The position numbers were made by a program, and so were the translations under genes. Below the pieces are notes generated by a model. That model ran no database searches. It saw nothing but the letters and a program-made list of their open reading frames with translations, and had not been told where the DNA came from. 64,000 nt of DNA from Epiperipatus broadwayi (taxonomy: Eukaryota; Animalia; Onychophora), in assembly GCA_028023455.1 (NCBI GenBank), contig JAQFVV010000007.1, forward strand, positions 14,074,001-14,138,000, given 5' to 3'. Below, in pieces: positions 22,548-37,571 of this stretch. Positions within the stretch are counted from its first letter, which is position 1, and every line of letters begins with the position of its first letter.

Positions 22548-25500
22548 GTAAGACATTTATAATAATACTTGAAATATATTAATTAAAAAAAATTATGTCA
22601 ATAAAATTTTAATAGAATCCATGATGTAATGGTTAGTTCATTAATTAACATGATCCTAATCTATATTTAAATCTGGAATAAAATTTAGATTTTTTTGTAA
22701 ATAAATTCAAGTTTTATCAAATAATTATCTAATATTAATCAAAAAAATAAATATTTAGATAAACTTAGCAATAATATAAAAATCAGTGGATATATGGATT
22801 TAGTCAGATGAGTACTATTACAAAAAGTAAGGTTATGTTATAACTTTCACTAATCGTAAAGGGGCAAGATGTAATGATCTCTATATATACACTCAATCCC
22901 TAGTTTGCTTTTTCTATATATTTTTATCAAAGAGGATATAATTATTATTTGTATTTAAAATGTTATAAAATAACTGCAAAATATGCAACAATTTAATAAT
23001 AATGATGTGATTTTTTGACAGTTTGTGTTAGTGTATGATATTAATTATTGTTGATCAATGTTACTGTTAAACTATAATATTGTTAATTTTTGTACTTTAT
23101 AAAACTTGTTGAATTATTATTTGTTTCAATAAATGTATTTTTATGGCTTATTATGTCATTTGGATATTTTTTATCATAAAAAAAACTTATTTTGTGTTTT
23201 ATTTAGTGAATATAATTGATGATAGATTATAATAGAGCCCTATAATTAAGTAAGATGCTGAATCTCAATTATAAAGATGTTTGCTTCAGAAGAAGTTAAA
23301 AAATAGCATTGTAAGATGTCAAATAGCACATAATAAATAAAATATATATTTATAGATTATGAATTGGTTGATATAGTTATTACAAAAGTCATGGTAACAT
23401 TTTTTTTATAATTAGAATTGCTATATTCATTTACAAGTGGATGTTAATGATAATAATATTACATTCAATAATATATATGCAGTGTAATATTTAACAAGAA
23501 AAATCATATATTTTCATCTAGCACCATCTACTGTAAGTTTGATTATTCAGTGATTAGCATATGTGTTTAAATCCTCATCCCAGACATGTTTATGTTGCCT
23601 TTATAAATAAAACTTAGAACTTAGAATAGGACAAACCACAATTATCCATCCAGTAATTACCATGAGAACAAAAACTTTGACAATTAAATCAACTTATATT
23701 TTGAATCCAGATCAGAACAACAAATCACTTTAATTTCTGGTCAACACTCATTATAATAAGACCAGAGCTGTTCTCTACTCTAGAACTATATGATTCTCAA
23801 CTATAGAACCATATCTTGTAAACATGAATAATCAGGTTAGTAAATGCAATTAAATTTCCATTTTCAGTCAAGATAAGAATGAATCAAAAAACCTTTAGCT
23901 CTTCAGTTTGTTATTCTATTACTAAAAAAAATACACAACATTTATCGGAAGCCATTTATAAATGAGTATGCCCTCCCTATCATCAGATGAAAACTAAAAA
24001 AGGGCAGAATAATGAAGAATATAATGTTAAATCTAAGTTCTGAAATCTAAATAAATTAATACATTTGAAGACAAATATATTTGTGTAACATACTAACTTT
24101 AAATATTCAATAAAAAATAAAAAGTAGCGTCATATCACATGACTCTGTTTCTTTTTAAGCTTGCAAAATATAAACAAAGAGCTTTGCTAGTTGCTTTACA
24201 AGCTTTGTGATAAATTTTCATCAAGATAAATCATTTAAAATATCTATATCAGAAACCACACCCAAAACCCAGTCCATGGTTATGTGCTTTGGTACACCTC
24301 AGTGAGGCACTAGGATATGTTTGTTTATTATTGAATTTTAACTTTACATTTAGCAAACTTTATTTTTTTAAAGATTTCAAAAGTTTTGTTTAATTGTAGA
24401 CATAACTGCATACTAGCATTCCTAATTAAAACAATAAATTTTGCATTTCTTTATAGTGACCTTGAGATATTCTTTTTTATTGTAAATGAAGACTACATAA
24501 AAATCAGACTCAAATTTACAAAAAGGCCTAGAATATCAGTCTACATACAGTTTGCTCCTGTATAAGATAACTGCTTCTGTCTCCAAGATGAATGCTATTC
24601 CATATTTAAATCACTTAGTTTATCTATTGCCACAATTTTTTTTTCTCTAGTGGTCTGGATCATGGGTTGTGACATGGAATGTAATCATGAGTTTTTTTAT
24701 CTTTGTAGATTGTTTTCATATTCTACTTATCATTATATATTGTGGAAGCACTTGAAAATAATATTCTGCCACATGATTTCTCTGTCATACAGAGTTTGAA
24801 TTTTTCTAACATCTTAGTAGCACATTACTCCAATTTAAAACAAAATGTAATTTCTTGTGTTGTTACATCATGGATTAAACACACCATCACTTTTTAAATC
24901 ACAACTCATGATCTATGCATTCTAGCACTTTAAAATTTTGTGGTAAATAGCTAACGTATCTCATTACCTAACACATGTGATAATTTAGGGATAATGCTAC
25001 AGACAGCTTAGAGAGAGAATCAATTATTAGTTATGGTTTTGCTGAGATACATATACACATCTATACAAGCATGTCTCTTTTGTATTAATAATAAATTAAT
25101 ATTAAATTTGTTTCAAAGCAGTAGCTTATTCAAGCTTCTGCGTTTGTAATACTCTATTGCCTAGTAAATTTCCTGCTAATACACAAAATTAAAAAATATA
25201 CATTGTAGCATTAGTTATTAATATCAACATAAGCTTGCAACTAACGGTTGTTATTAAAAGAAAAATGATCAATTCAGAAAAATAAATACATTTTAATGAA
25301 ATTTCTAATGTATAAATGGGTTTGTGACAAAGATGGATTATCTTTTGTTTATCTTTCTTTGTTTCACTTTTACGATAATCATATGGGTTGTTATAAAGTA
25401 GTGGTCAAGTTTTATTTATTCGACAGCTGGCTTGGTCATTCTGGCTTTCTTTGTTACAAGCCTCCAGTCTTTGATAGTAAACCCTTTTTAAATTGCAGTT

Positions 25501-25839
25501 TTACTTCTTCTCGCTTCAGAAAGTTTATACGTTTTTTCCCTACCTCTCTTTCATACGTGCTTTAAAATTTACTTATTTCTCTGACCAAGTAAATATTTAC
25601 CTTAGAGCAAAGAGAGGAAAATCAAAATTGCCACAGGAAATTTTTCATTTTTAGTGAAAATAAGAATTTAAATGATTTACCGATTTGACATTTTTTTATG
25701 ACTAAAAAAAAAGGTCTGTTAATATGAAAATAATATTTTAAAATTGCATTTAAATTAGGTTTATATTATATATAATATTAGGACATTTACGTATGCACAT
25801 ACTTGCTACATAATGAAGATAAGTCGGATCGATTTGCAT

Positions 25840-27150
25840 CATCATAATCAGTACACTGAAAGATGATGTCTTTTCAAGCTTAATTCAGTTTTTCCCATCA
25901 ACTCTTCTTCCCCGCATCACATTAGCACTTATTTTTTATTCATCCATCTCAAAAGTGATCTTTTAAAACTATTTTAGAATCATTTGAGATCCAATTAAAA
26001 ATATCAACTGTCCATCTATTATCATCTCTTCTAATAATTGTTTAATGATATCATTGATTCTTATTTAATCTCTCACCCAAATATTTCACCTTTAATTTTT
26101 CCTTGTTGCTGTGTAAAATATCTTTCTCCATACTTTATTTAATAGTCTGACATTTCTCTGTTTCTGTTTTGTTAATTGTTCAAGTCGCAAATCTATAAAT
26201 AAGAAGTGTTAAAACACACACAAAAAAATATTTTCAAACACCTAGTTATACTATTTTTAATATGAAGTTATTGCTCCCAAAAAAACTCCAAGTTTAATTC
26301 TATAATTAATCTCATCTATTATGCTTCTAATTTAATAATCTGACCAATTTGTAGTGGTTATCATCCTTTAAATGTATAATCATCAATCTTTTTTTCCTAA
26401 GAAAATCCTTTAGACCCTTTAATATTTACCATCTGATAATTCTTGCAATATTTTCTGAATCTCAGAAGCATTGCTTTCAAAAAGAACCTTGTCATTTGCA
26501 AAATGTTGATGACTTAAATAAGCTCCATTTATTTTTATTCCCTTAGCTTTCCATTTTCTGCTGTAAAAAGTTTTGGAGAGGTGGAATCACCTGTTGCATT
26601 CCCTTTTTAGTCCCAGTATTCTTAATACCATCCTATAATTTAATAACTTATTTTGGATTTTAATATGCTTTAGAATATAACACTATCACAGGTCTATATC
26701 TAGATTATCTAAACCTTTAATTCCCATGAAAATGTTTATAGAATCAGATGTCTCTTCATAATCTACAAATCCAAACCATAATGACAACTCATAATTATTG
26801 TTGCCTTTTACACTTTCTCACAATACTTGGATGTGAGTCACTATGCTAAAATTTATTTTTAAATTCGGCTTATTCTTTTGGTTGTTTTGAATTTAAAGTT
26901 TAATAGGTAAGTTGCAATTGTCTTGATAAAAGGGTTTGTATAGAATTCATATAAGACTAATATGTCTGTAATTTATAATATTTTTATCATCTGTCTTAAA
27001 TATTAATACTGATCATTGCATTGTTCCCATCAGCTGGCACATTTTTATTATGTAGAAAATTGGTATATAGTTTTGCCAACAATTTTTTAATTACTTGATT
27101 TATGAGAGGTATATACACAATACTACCACATTGTATAAATTAATATATTA
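25840..27150 (-). mobile_element. RTE-clade LINE remnant (RT through 3' end)
   Basis: NYRHISLI, LWFGFVDYEETSDSI, QQGDSTSPKLFTA, YLSHQHFAND (26489-26520), with frameshifts. Confidence 0.85.
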
Positions 27151-27529
27151 TCAGAACAACTTTACTAAACCATAGAGCAGTTTGGGAAATCATAATCTCT
27201 ACAGAATATAAATTTGAAAAGCTGTAAAACATGAAATACATATATAAAATAGCATATAAATGTAGAAGATATATGTAGTGAATCTAACCACTCTCTAAAA
27301 ATGATTTTAGAAATACAAAATAATAATTTCAGAGAAAAAATAAATTTGTCTACAGTAATAGACCGTGCATGCACCAATAAGCCTATATTAGATTTTGCAA
27401 AAGATATAAATAATAGGTAGAGAGAAAAACTAAAAATAAAATCTAAAGAAGGTATTTGCTTAACAATGATAATAAACACTACAACTATAATAAGCCATTT
27501 GTTTGAAAACTACTCTGTATCTTTTCTTT

Positions 27530-27760
27530 AAAAGGGGGGGGGGGAGGATGGAGAAATCAGGAGGACTGTCATAGATTAATACACAAAATTTCTACTGACT
27601 ACCAACTTTAGCAAAATAGCTCATTGGTTATAATGCCATTTAAATTTAGAGTTCAGAATCTGAAAGTCTTTGGTTCAGTTCCTATATTAATTCTCAGTTG
27701 TTAGACTACCGTTATATGGAATAGCATAATGAATAATACCACATGGAACAATATATTCAC
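27530..27760 (+). mobile_element. Diverged solo pLTR fragment related to the PLE at 8435-11842
   Basis: ggagaaatcaggagga..tagctcattggtta..aatctgaaagtctttggttcagttcc parallels 11519-11655. Confidence 0.55.
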
Positions 27761-29949
27761 TATAAGCCTATAAATAAAGATTGATTTTTCCCCTAAATAT
27801 TTAGGACAACCTAACTAAAAGATGGGAATAATTTAATATATCACTTCAACTAATTCATATATTTTTTACTATCACACTTAACTGAGTGTTTTTTAAAAAC
27901 ACAGGGAGGAGCTCTCAAGATGGTTAGACAGTTGAAACTGTAAACTAAATTTGAAAATTTGAAATAATCAAATATTTTATTTGTATTATATAAAGTCTAT
28001 AGAATAGTATGTGATTATTGTTTTTTTTTTATATTAGTAATTGTTTTTAATAAAACCTTGCCTTTTTCTTCTGATATGTCTCAGATTACTGAATTTTAAT
28101 GATATATGTAAATAAATTTATTATTTTGATCTATCCTTGCTGCATATTTATTAAGATAGACAATTTAATAAGCATCAGGCCATGCATTGAATTATTTTAA
28201 ATATATGTTTATTTGATAAATTTACTAACCTTGTCTAAAATCTTCTATGAAAAAAGAGAAACCTTTCCATTGTTATTTCATAGATCACTCATCATCTTTT
28301 TAAAAGTTTCCAATAAGGATTTTCTGTGATATTTTATACTAAATAACAACTGGAAATTGTTAACAAAATATTGATATGGTATCCTACTTAGAAATATTGA
28401 ATGATTCAATTGTAATATATATTTAAAAACAAATAGAATGTAGCATTTTCTGTTTTGTTATTTTCTACTAACATTGATATTTACTGGATGAAAATAATAC
28501 AATAGAATGTGGTCTTCTGCTTAAACGTTTGACAAAAATAAATTAATCAATTATGCTCCAACCCCATATAAAAAGAGTATATTTTCAGTAGTTAGAATGT
28601 TGTTATATACAGCATGTGGATCAAATGTTATCACTGCTCATCTCTGTTTAAAGTTTCATTTAAAACTATCTTATCATATATTGTTTATTTTAAATATTGA
28701 GAATCAAATGTAAAACTATCAGAATTATCTAAACAAAGAAGGCCAAAGGAGTTTACAATTTTGCCCCATGTGGAATTTCATCTGTCTTAAGTTTGATTCA
28801 ACTGACATTAAAGATCTTATCATTATAAGACATATGTTCTATGCATAAATGTAGTGTAACATATCTAACATTGCTTTTTTATGCATGGTCTGCAATGTTC
28901 ACTGTAGTGTCGCTCCAGAACAAATCACTTTTAATAATCTAAAATTTTTACACACCCATTCATAAAATTTGTACTTTATTCTCTCTAAGCACGAAAGCAA
29001 TTTAAAATACCAACTAACATTGCTTTTTATGTGTAATCTGCATTGCCCAATTCAGCAATTTTTGCAGTGTTGTTTCATAATAAATCATCATTTAATAATA
29101 TAAAGCTTATACATACTAACTAATAATATTTGTATTTTATTTGATCTATTATTCACAATCATTTAAATGGAGGTAGATTGTTTATCACCTAGATTAACAT
29201 TCTTAAAAGATAACAGTTCTGCTATTCAGATGAATAGTATTGATACAATAGATAATTCAATAACTTTATTGTTCAAAAGTTCATAAAAAGTTAAGCACCA
29301 AAAATGTTAGCATGTGAATCAATCTGAGGATCTCATATCTCAGGGTTTAAGACTCTATAACTGCACTAAACCATACAGGGCATATTAAAAAGGCATATGG
29401 ATTTATTGCTAAGAGTTCATAAGAAGTTTAAGATCAAGACCTGCGAAAGGACCCATGGAATAATATCAACACACATGATCTCATTACACTTTTTCCATTT
29501 TTATTTTAGAATGTTGTTTTATGTGTAAATTTTGCTTCAAGCATTTTTTGTTATTATTATTTCATATATAATATAAGAACATTTTATCTGACCCAAGTAT
29601 AATTGTAAAAAGTAAGCATTAGTATGCATATGTATTATACCAATGCATACTATTTGGAGTATATCAATTGATATTTTAAAAACTTCCACTCTTATGAGTT
29701 GGAAGAGTATAATATTTTCCTGGTTTTAAAATCAGAAATGAAATTCTATTTTAAACAATGCACTTTGTTGAATAATTTATTCATATTCATCTATCATATG
29801 AAAATTAGATAATAATTACCACTGCAATAAGTAAATAGTCCAATATTTTATTGATCAGGAGTTTATAAGAGATTTGGACACCAAAGTAATTAAATTAAGC
29901 TGAGATTTGTGCACCTTGAGCTCTAAAGTCTGCAAATCACGAAATTGTA

Positions 29950-30080
29950 CACAATACATATGCAATTGAAACAAAATATAGTGTTCCTTCAGCATAAAAT
30001 ATGAGTATTGGAGATCATTTATCTTAAATGTTTTTAATCACGTGTTTCTATAATGGTTGATAGAATAGAAGTTAAGAAAA
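29950..30080 (+). mobile_element. Family-2 HHR repeat relic
   Basis: agtgttccttcagcataaaat..ttggagatcatttatctt..cacgtgt matches 19760-19820. Confidence 0.45.
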
Positions 30081-30967
30081 AATATTTATTTATATATAAA
30101 GTTAAGTTTAATTATATAAAAATAATGTGTTTGTGAAGTTAATTTGTAAGATGTTCCACATGGTTTGCTTGAATAAATATATGTTCCTGATGTATCTGTG
30201 GTGTGGAAATTTGTTCTTATTTCTGGAGTGATGAATGGTTGTGGTAGGGATTGAGCTAAAGATAAAATAAGCACTGATAAATTCAAAATATACAGTGCAT
30301 ATTATCATGCAATGATTATATACCTCCTCTCAAAGATAAAAGTGGATAGAAAATTGTCCCTACTTTGATGAGTGTGGGGAATAAAAATTCAGATGCTCTC
30401 ACAAAAACAAATGATTTACGAATATTGTCATTAGTTATTTTTCTTCTTGATTTCTTTACGACTTAGGAGAGGAATTCAAGTATCTTCTTTTAGTCAATAA
30501 TAAAATATAGTTTTAATCTGGTATATTTAGGTGTAATTGTCTAAATAAAAAGAAGTGTTAGTTAAATATTTAAATACAAAAAAGGCAAATGATCATTAAA
30601 TGTTATTTTTCTCTTCAATCATTTATGTTATTTTATCTTTTTTCAACAGGTGTTAATCTAATGGATTTGTTTAACTATTCTAAAAATCACCTGTTAGTTA
30701 GGAATTTGTTTTAAAATTCCATAATACGGCAAAAAAATCAATCATCACACATATAGGAAGCAATTTCCATTGACAGGTTTAAAAAAGATACACGCACACA
30801 AGCTCAAAATAGCATTAAAGTGTAAAATAAAATATCTAAATATAATATCGAACAAAAATTTCTATTTTTCTTTGTTTAACAAATCGAATTTATAGTTAAG
30901 CAAAAAGTCATTTTATTTTTCGTTCTTATTATTTCTGAACTTAAAATAAGCGTAACTATTCTTATTA

Positions 30968-31480
30968 AACCACACGATCACCATTTCTTGTGCTTGCTCA
31001 AGCTGTTAAAACGGGCAAAACTCTCCATACAGTAGTGCCACTCACTGCAAGCCAGAATAATCAATGGTGGATACAAGAAGATTTGTGCATACAATCCCTA
31101 TTTAGTACCTACTCATCCAATATCTCGAGACTAGCTTCTAGCTTGTGGCTTTCATCAATGTGGAGCCTTGAATCTGAGAGCACTGCACCTATATCTTAGA
31201 ATATAATGCAACCCTCCAGCTGCCGCCTTTTATCGCTTCTTAACTACAAAACAAATGTGTCTGCTAGAGGGTTGCATTACACTCTAAGATCTAGGTGCAG
31301 TACTCTCAGATCCAAAGCTCCTCATTGATGAAAGCCACAAGCTAAAAACTTGTCTGGTGATATTGATGAGTAGGCACTAGGTAGAGATTTTATGCACAAA
31401 TCTTCTTATATCCATTGTTGATTATGGCTTGCACTGAGTGGCACTACTATATGGAGAGTTTTGCCTGTTTTCACAACTGT
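30968..31480. mobile_element. HHR repeat family 1 fold-back (~510 bp)
   Basis: Arms 30970-31220 and 31261-31475; both ribozyme cores carry TTGATGA (31152-31158 minus, 31325-31331 plus). Confidence 0.93.
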
Positions 31481-31786
31481 TGTTGTTACTTAAAAACCTT
31501 ATGAAATAGGGATTTTTTCGATAGGGTTGGTGAACAAATCTAGGCAAAAGTTGAAAATTATTTCAGATTTCAAGCATGTCTGTAATTATTTTTGCAAGTA
31601 CCAAGCTATTACTTCCTAATTATTTATCAAATTATTGATTTATATATGATCACGTTTTAGCTAGAAAATAAAACAAGGAAAGAAAATAATATATTTCATC
31701 TACAAGCATTTGTCTAGCCGGGTCAGAAATTTTTCTTTCTCTGTAGAGATATTCTGAAGATGTCATTTCTAGCAGTACTTTTTATA

Positions 31787-32004
<218 letters not shown>

Positions 32005-33799
32005 AATTTTTAACTTATAAATTCTATGACAAACGTTTTTAATCTTGCCTCTACTATTAAGGACATGGATAATATTTTTATTTTAATTTTCAATACTAAT
32101 TATTTTTTATATTTCCCCAAATCTTTTTAAGTAGAGTCTATTTAATATATAATTAATCTATGTTTTGAATAATAGCTTTATGCAATATTTTTATGACATA
32201 TAGTAAAAAAAATATAATTAAAGCAATATATATATATTTAAATATTGTATATAATTGTATGTGATTTATTATTATATAATAATTATGTATTTATAGTTGT
32301 ATTTTTTTCTGCATTTAAAATATTGTAATTTATAATTGCTTCATAATTATTACTAATAATAATGATAATATTATAACAAATATTTAACCTTGACCTTATA
32401 TTATCAAATTATTACAAATTTATACATTGGGTTCATCTTATTTTTGAAAATATAAGTTTACTGCATGGAGACTTATCTTTTAAAATTTTATCAATTGTTT
32501 TAATTGATTTATATATAAAAGTTTTTAAAAAATTAACATATAAATTACATAGTATTTATTTAAATAAAAGTTTAAAATGTACTAAAATACTTGTTTAAAA
32601 GAGTTGTTTTGAGTTAACCTAGAGTGCTATAGTTCATTTTCTTATATTGTCTATGTTTCAAACAGATGGATGAACATATTGAATTACAAATAATGTTAAC
32701 AAATTTACCAGACATATTTTCACAACTAAAGAGAAGTTATTGTTTTATTTCTTTTTGATTTTCAATCAAAAAAAAGTTTACATTATACTTTTTTTTCAGT
32801 TTATTAAAACATAATTTAACAAATGAACATAATCTAAAACATTGAATATTAAATTTGCAAATAAATAAATATAAAGAATTTGTTTGAATACACTTAAACA
32901 TTTACTTCAATAATTTCCATGTAAAAATTATTGCATTGAAATAAAACTACAATGGAAACATTATATAATTATACATAAATAAATTATACTGTAAATTTAT
33001 TTACAATTTAATATATATATATATGCATCAATGATTTTGTTTGCAGGAACATTAGTTTTACTGATTCTTTAATTTTGCGCAAAAAAAAAAAGGAATCTAT
33101 GGAATAAAATTGTATTGAAATCTGAATTTGTAATAATTATAAAAATAACTTTTAGCATTTTTTAATACACTTTTTTATTATTAATATATGTAGTGGAAAA
33201 AAAAACAATATTTTCCATTATAAATGAGACTTTGTGATTAACGTTTCTTTACAGGTGACAGATATTAATATAATTATTAATTTCATGTGTACAAATGAAA
33301 GAAATTTTTCATGTTACCTTTATAATCAAAAATATATTGAATCAATTTTTAAGCATAATTTATAAACAATGAAACTGATGCTTTAATTTTAGAAGATAAA
33401 CAAATTATTTATTAGTAATAGTTAGTTCATAATGCAATTGAAACCTAATAAAATAAAAAATATGTCCATAGACTTTTTTATTGTACACTTAGCTTTCAAG
33501 TTATAAAGCAATATCATTGACTTTTTTAAAATAAATTATGTTTATTCATATTAAGTATACTATCTGTATGAATATGTTGAGACAATAATATGGGATTTAA
33601 TATTTTCTGCAACAAATTAAATTTGCTCAAAACAAATCATCTTTTTTGTTTATTTATTATTTTTTGTCAAAACACAAAAAATAAGTAAAATGGTAGTATT
33701 TTTTATAATTTAATGGCATAGTGTTTATACAGTTGCAGGGGTGTTTCAAAATGGACATAGAATAATATCATATATTTTAAAAATATATAATCAAATGGT

Positions 33800-33910
33800 T
33801 TATTATTCATGGGTTTATAAATAGTTCAAGCATCAAAAATCCTGAGCTGGGCCATGGCCCATGGATTTTAACCTCCAGAGTCTGCCATTTTATCACCATG
33901 CTTAACATTA
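33800..33910 (-). mobile_element. Old SINE-like repeat (family also near 48520-48640, 49120-49225, 59670-59780)
   Basis: Shared ggg.tt.a.aaa..gtttgag....gaactggg..catgga..cc(a/c)a.agtctg(c/g)cattt.atcac; degenerate B-box-like segment. Confidence 0.4.
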
Positions 33911-35337
33911 TTCAACATTTAAAAAATAGGAAAAAGGACAAAGAAAATTGTAAATGAGATTAGAGAATACTATATATATATATATATATATATATCAGTC
34001 ATCTGTATGGACATTCTTATATCTCATAAGCTAATCCTAAAATCTTTAAATTAAATATGATATAACATAGTATAACTGATACTCAATATATATTACCTAT
34101 GATGAATATGAGATAGCATGGCTGAATGAATATCCATTATAAATTATAAGATGAATAAATGAAATAGAGGGAAGGATAAAATGTAAATAATCTCTATGCA
34201 TTTATTTGTTGAGCATATGGATTTTTTGACAGCTTAATAATTAATAATATACCATAAAAGAACCTGGCAAGATTTCAGCCAGGAGATAGATCTACCTGTT
34301 GTTTTATTAAGTTCTTTATTTCTGTCATTGTATTTGCAGATTTGATTGTCATTAAGAAGCTTGCTTATTGTTTGCCTTTGTTCATGTCTGCATAGATAAG
34401 TAACTGCTAAATTTTATTTATGAAGCACATGAGGGCAATAACTATGGATTATCCTCAGTCTGTTGATGAGATTTCATTGCATCCATGGTGATCAAATCCA
34501 GATGGTTTTATTGTAGGATCAAGAAAAATAAATTTGTTTGAAATCCCAACTACATTTTTTACCATATTTATATTATGATAGATATTTGATTGGATATCTA
34601 AAAGATGTTCTTGCTCCATTTTCTGTTAGACAATTTTCTTTCTAATATCTAGCAGAGGAATATGTAAAAGAACAGAAAGAAATTGCAACAGAATAGATTT
34701 GATCCTGGCAATATTATTTTTTATGGTAATACTTAATTGAATATTTAGAAGTTTATTGAAGATATTTTTTATCTTCAAATGGGAACATATATTCATTAGA
34801 AAAAACTACCAATAGTAAAAGAGCTGTCAATAAAATACTTGCATTACAATTTCACATAGTTCTAATAAGCTTCCCAAGGAGATTATTCCAAAAATTAATT
34901 TTGATTTAATCTTAGATAAATGAGAAAAATAACGTAGGCTTCAATTCAAGATTATTCTCAAATAAAATGGAGTAGGATAGTGTTTTAAATTGGTATTACA
35001 AAATTTATATTTAGATTGCAAATTTTCCCTTTTTTTTTAAAATATTTTGTATTTTTTTTTTTTTTTTTTTTTTTAATCAAAAAAACCTCCTTTTTTTTTT
35101 TTTTTTATTGAGTATTTTTTTTTTAAAAAATTTATTTTTTTTTAATAATATTTAAAGAGAGAGTCCCCTGTATTCATCTTTTTGGAAGATCACTGATGAT
35201 TATTTTAAATAATGTAGCTGAGAGAACCAAATCATATGGCATACCATTCTGTAAAATTTAATATGCACTTTGATTATTGCTCAATATCATTTGTATATGT
35301 CTATTAGATAATAATTTGTTAAGTAAATTAATAATTA

Positions 35338-36300
35338 ATTACTAAACATCACATGATCCCCATTCTTTATGCTTACACAAGCTGTTTACACAGAGATGAC
35401 ACTCCAAATAACTTGTGTAAACATAAAGAATGATGATCATGTGATGTTTAGTGGTCTAATATCAATCCTGCCAATAGGATTATGGTGACTTTGGTAATTA
35501 AAGAACCAAAGACAACAAAAAATATGGATGCTGAAGTGAATTTAGATCTATATGACTATACAAGTTAATGATTATGAAATGAAAACATTATTGCGTTTTT
35601 ATTTTGGACTCAATGCTTTATAGTTAGCTAATAAGATAAAAGTTGAGTGCTGGAGGGTTGCATTAGATCCTAATATCTAAGTGCAATGCTCTCAGATCCA
35701 GCACTGTTCCACTGATGAAAGAAGGCACAAACTAAAAACTAATTTGGGGATATTGGATGAGTAACCACTAGACAGGGATTTTATGCACAAATCTTCCTGC
35801 ATCTATTCAATACTCTGGATTGTTATGAGTGGTGCTATTATATGGAGAGTTGGTTAATGTAAATAAATGGTGATCATGTTATATTTAGTGCTTTAATACA
35901 AATCCTGCCCAATAGGATTATGGTGATTGTGGTTATTAGAAAACCAAAGATATCAAAATGTATATATGCTGAATTGAGGTCAGATCTATATGACTATATA
36001 AGCTAATGACTTTGAACTGAAAACATTATTGTGTTTTTATTTTGGTCTTAATATTTTATAGTTAGCTAATAACATAAAAATGTGGATGCTGGAGGATTGC
36101 ATTAGATTTTAAGATCTAGATGCAGTGCTCTCAGATCAAATGATCCTCACTGATGAAAGCCAAAAGCTAGAAACTAGTCTGGATATTGGATGAGTAGGCA
36201 CTAGATAAAAATTTTATGCACAAATCTTCCTGCATCCATTGATTACTTTGGCTTGCACTGAGTGGTGTTACTGCATGGAGAGTTTTGTCTCTGTGTAAAT
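35338..36300 (+). mobile_element. HHR repeat family 1: short inverted head plus head-to-tail dimer (period 438 nt)
   Basis: Inverted head 35338-35400; units ~35420-35865 and ~35865-36295; CTGATGA at 35712 and 36150. Confidence 0.93.
36144..36185 (+). ncRNA. Family-1 hammerhead motif, core intact, stem I weakened
   Basis: TCCTCA CTGATGA A AGC CAAAA GCT A GAAA CTAGTC(36179) TGGATA; palindromic ACTAGT. Confidence 0.65.
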
Positions 36301-37084
36301 TAATAGTTTTTCCCCCTGCATTTAGAAACTTTGGAAAGAAAATCATTTTCCCAAACACAATCAAAAGCTAAGCTTAGATCAATAAAGTCAGCCATTTTTT
36401 TTATTTGAAAAACTTTTTCAGTACATGTTCACAGTAAATTCTTCTTTGTCTGAATGTAGCTTGTTTTATAATAGATGGTTTGTCAACTATTGGAAAAACT
36501 CTTAATACAATTCTTTCAATAAATTTTTAAAAAACAGATAATATTGATATTGAAAGTTAATTTTTTAAATCATTGCTGGGTTTGTTTTATTTTAATTAAA
36601 ACTGCTGAAAGATTGCTTTTTTGTCATATTATTGCTGAATAGTTTTCCCACACATGTTTTGGTTTCAGGTCAGAAATGTTTCAAAAAAATTGGAAAGCAA
36701 GCTGTCTGCTACTTAAAGCTTTCCTGTTAAAGCCAATCCAGGCATGTTCACTAATATATACTACTTTTGTCAGATGAATATTAGAGATATGTGGAGAAAA
36801 ATCTGGGAACTATGCCAAATGATGCTATTCCCCATTCTGTCAATTTGGTTTTAGAAATCTGATATAAATAATTTGCAATATGACTATCAATGTGAATAGA
36901 AGTTCTTTTAAAAGTATTTTTACATCTATTAAGCTTTCATAAATATACCAAGCCCAATGATTAGCTTCTCCATAGAATCTCCCCACTTTTCTTTTGTGGC
37001 ATCATTTACTAATTTTACAAGTTTTTTAATAATTTCTATATCTTTGATATAATGAAACTGTTAATTTTGTTGTGACATGATATA

Positions 37085-37355
37085 AATTGCTTTTGATGAT
37101 GATGATGATGATTATTATTATTATTGTTGTTGTTTTGTTATTACTACTACTACTGCTACTACTAATGCTACTGTTACTATTACTACCACTACTACTCCTA
37201 CTCTTTATACTACTCCTACTCCTAATCTATTACTACTATTATTTGTAGCATCATTATTATTTTATTATTAGAAGTAGAATTTGCAGTGTTGATGGCAGCA
37301 GCTGCAGAAATAGTAATAGTATTGTTATCATCATTACCACCATCATTATTATTAT
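37085..37355. repeat. Imperfect compound trinucleotide tract (GAT/ATT/GTT/ACT)
   Basis: Direct reading. Confidence 0.85.
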
Positions 37356-37383
37356 CTTTTTTTTCATTCTGACATTTTTTTGT

Positions 37384-37531
37384 TTTGCTGATGATAATGC
37401 CTTAGTTACTTCAGCAATTTCATATATAAACTTTTAAATGAAGATTTGCTAAAAACTGCACAATGGATGAATAAAATTAGATTACATTATATATATATAT
37501 ATATATATATAATATAGTAATCTAATATATA

Positions 37532-37571
<40 letters not shown>

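Noticed and set aside
30968-31480. Classifying family 1 as a classical MITE
   Set aside because: No fixed termini or consistent TSD, variable turn points, tandem dimers and an embedded HHR argue against it, though not formally excluded.
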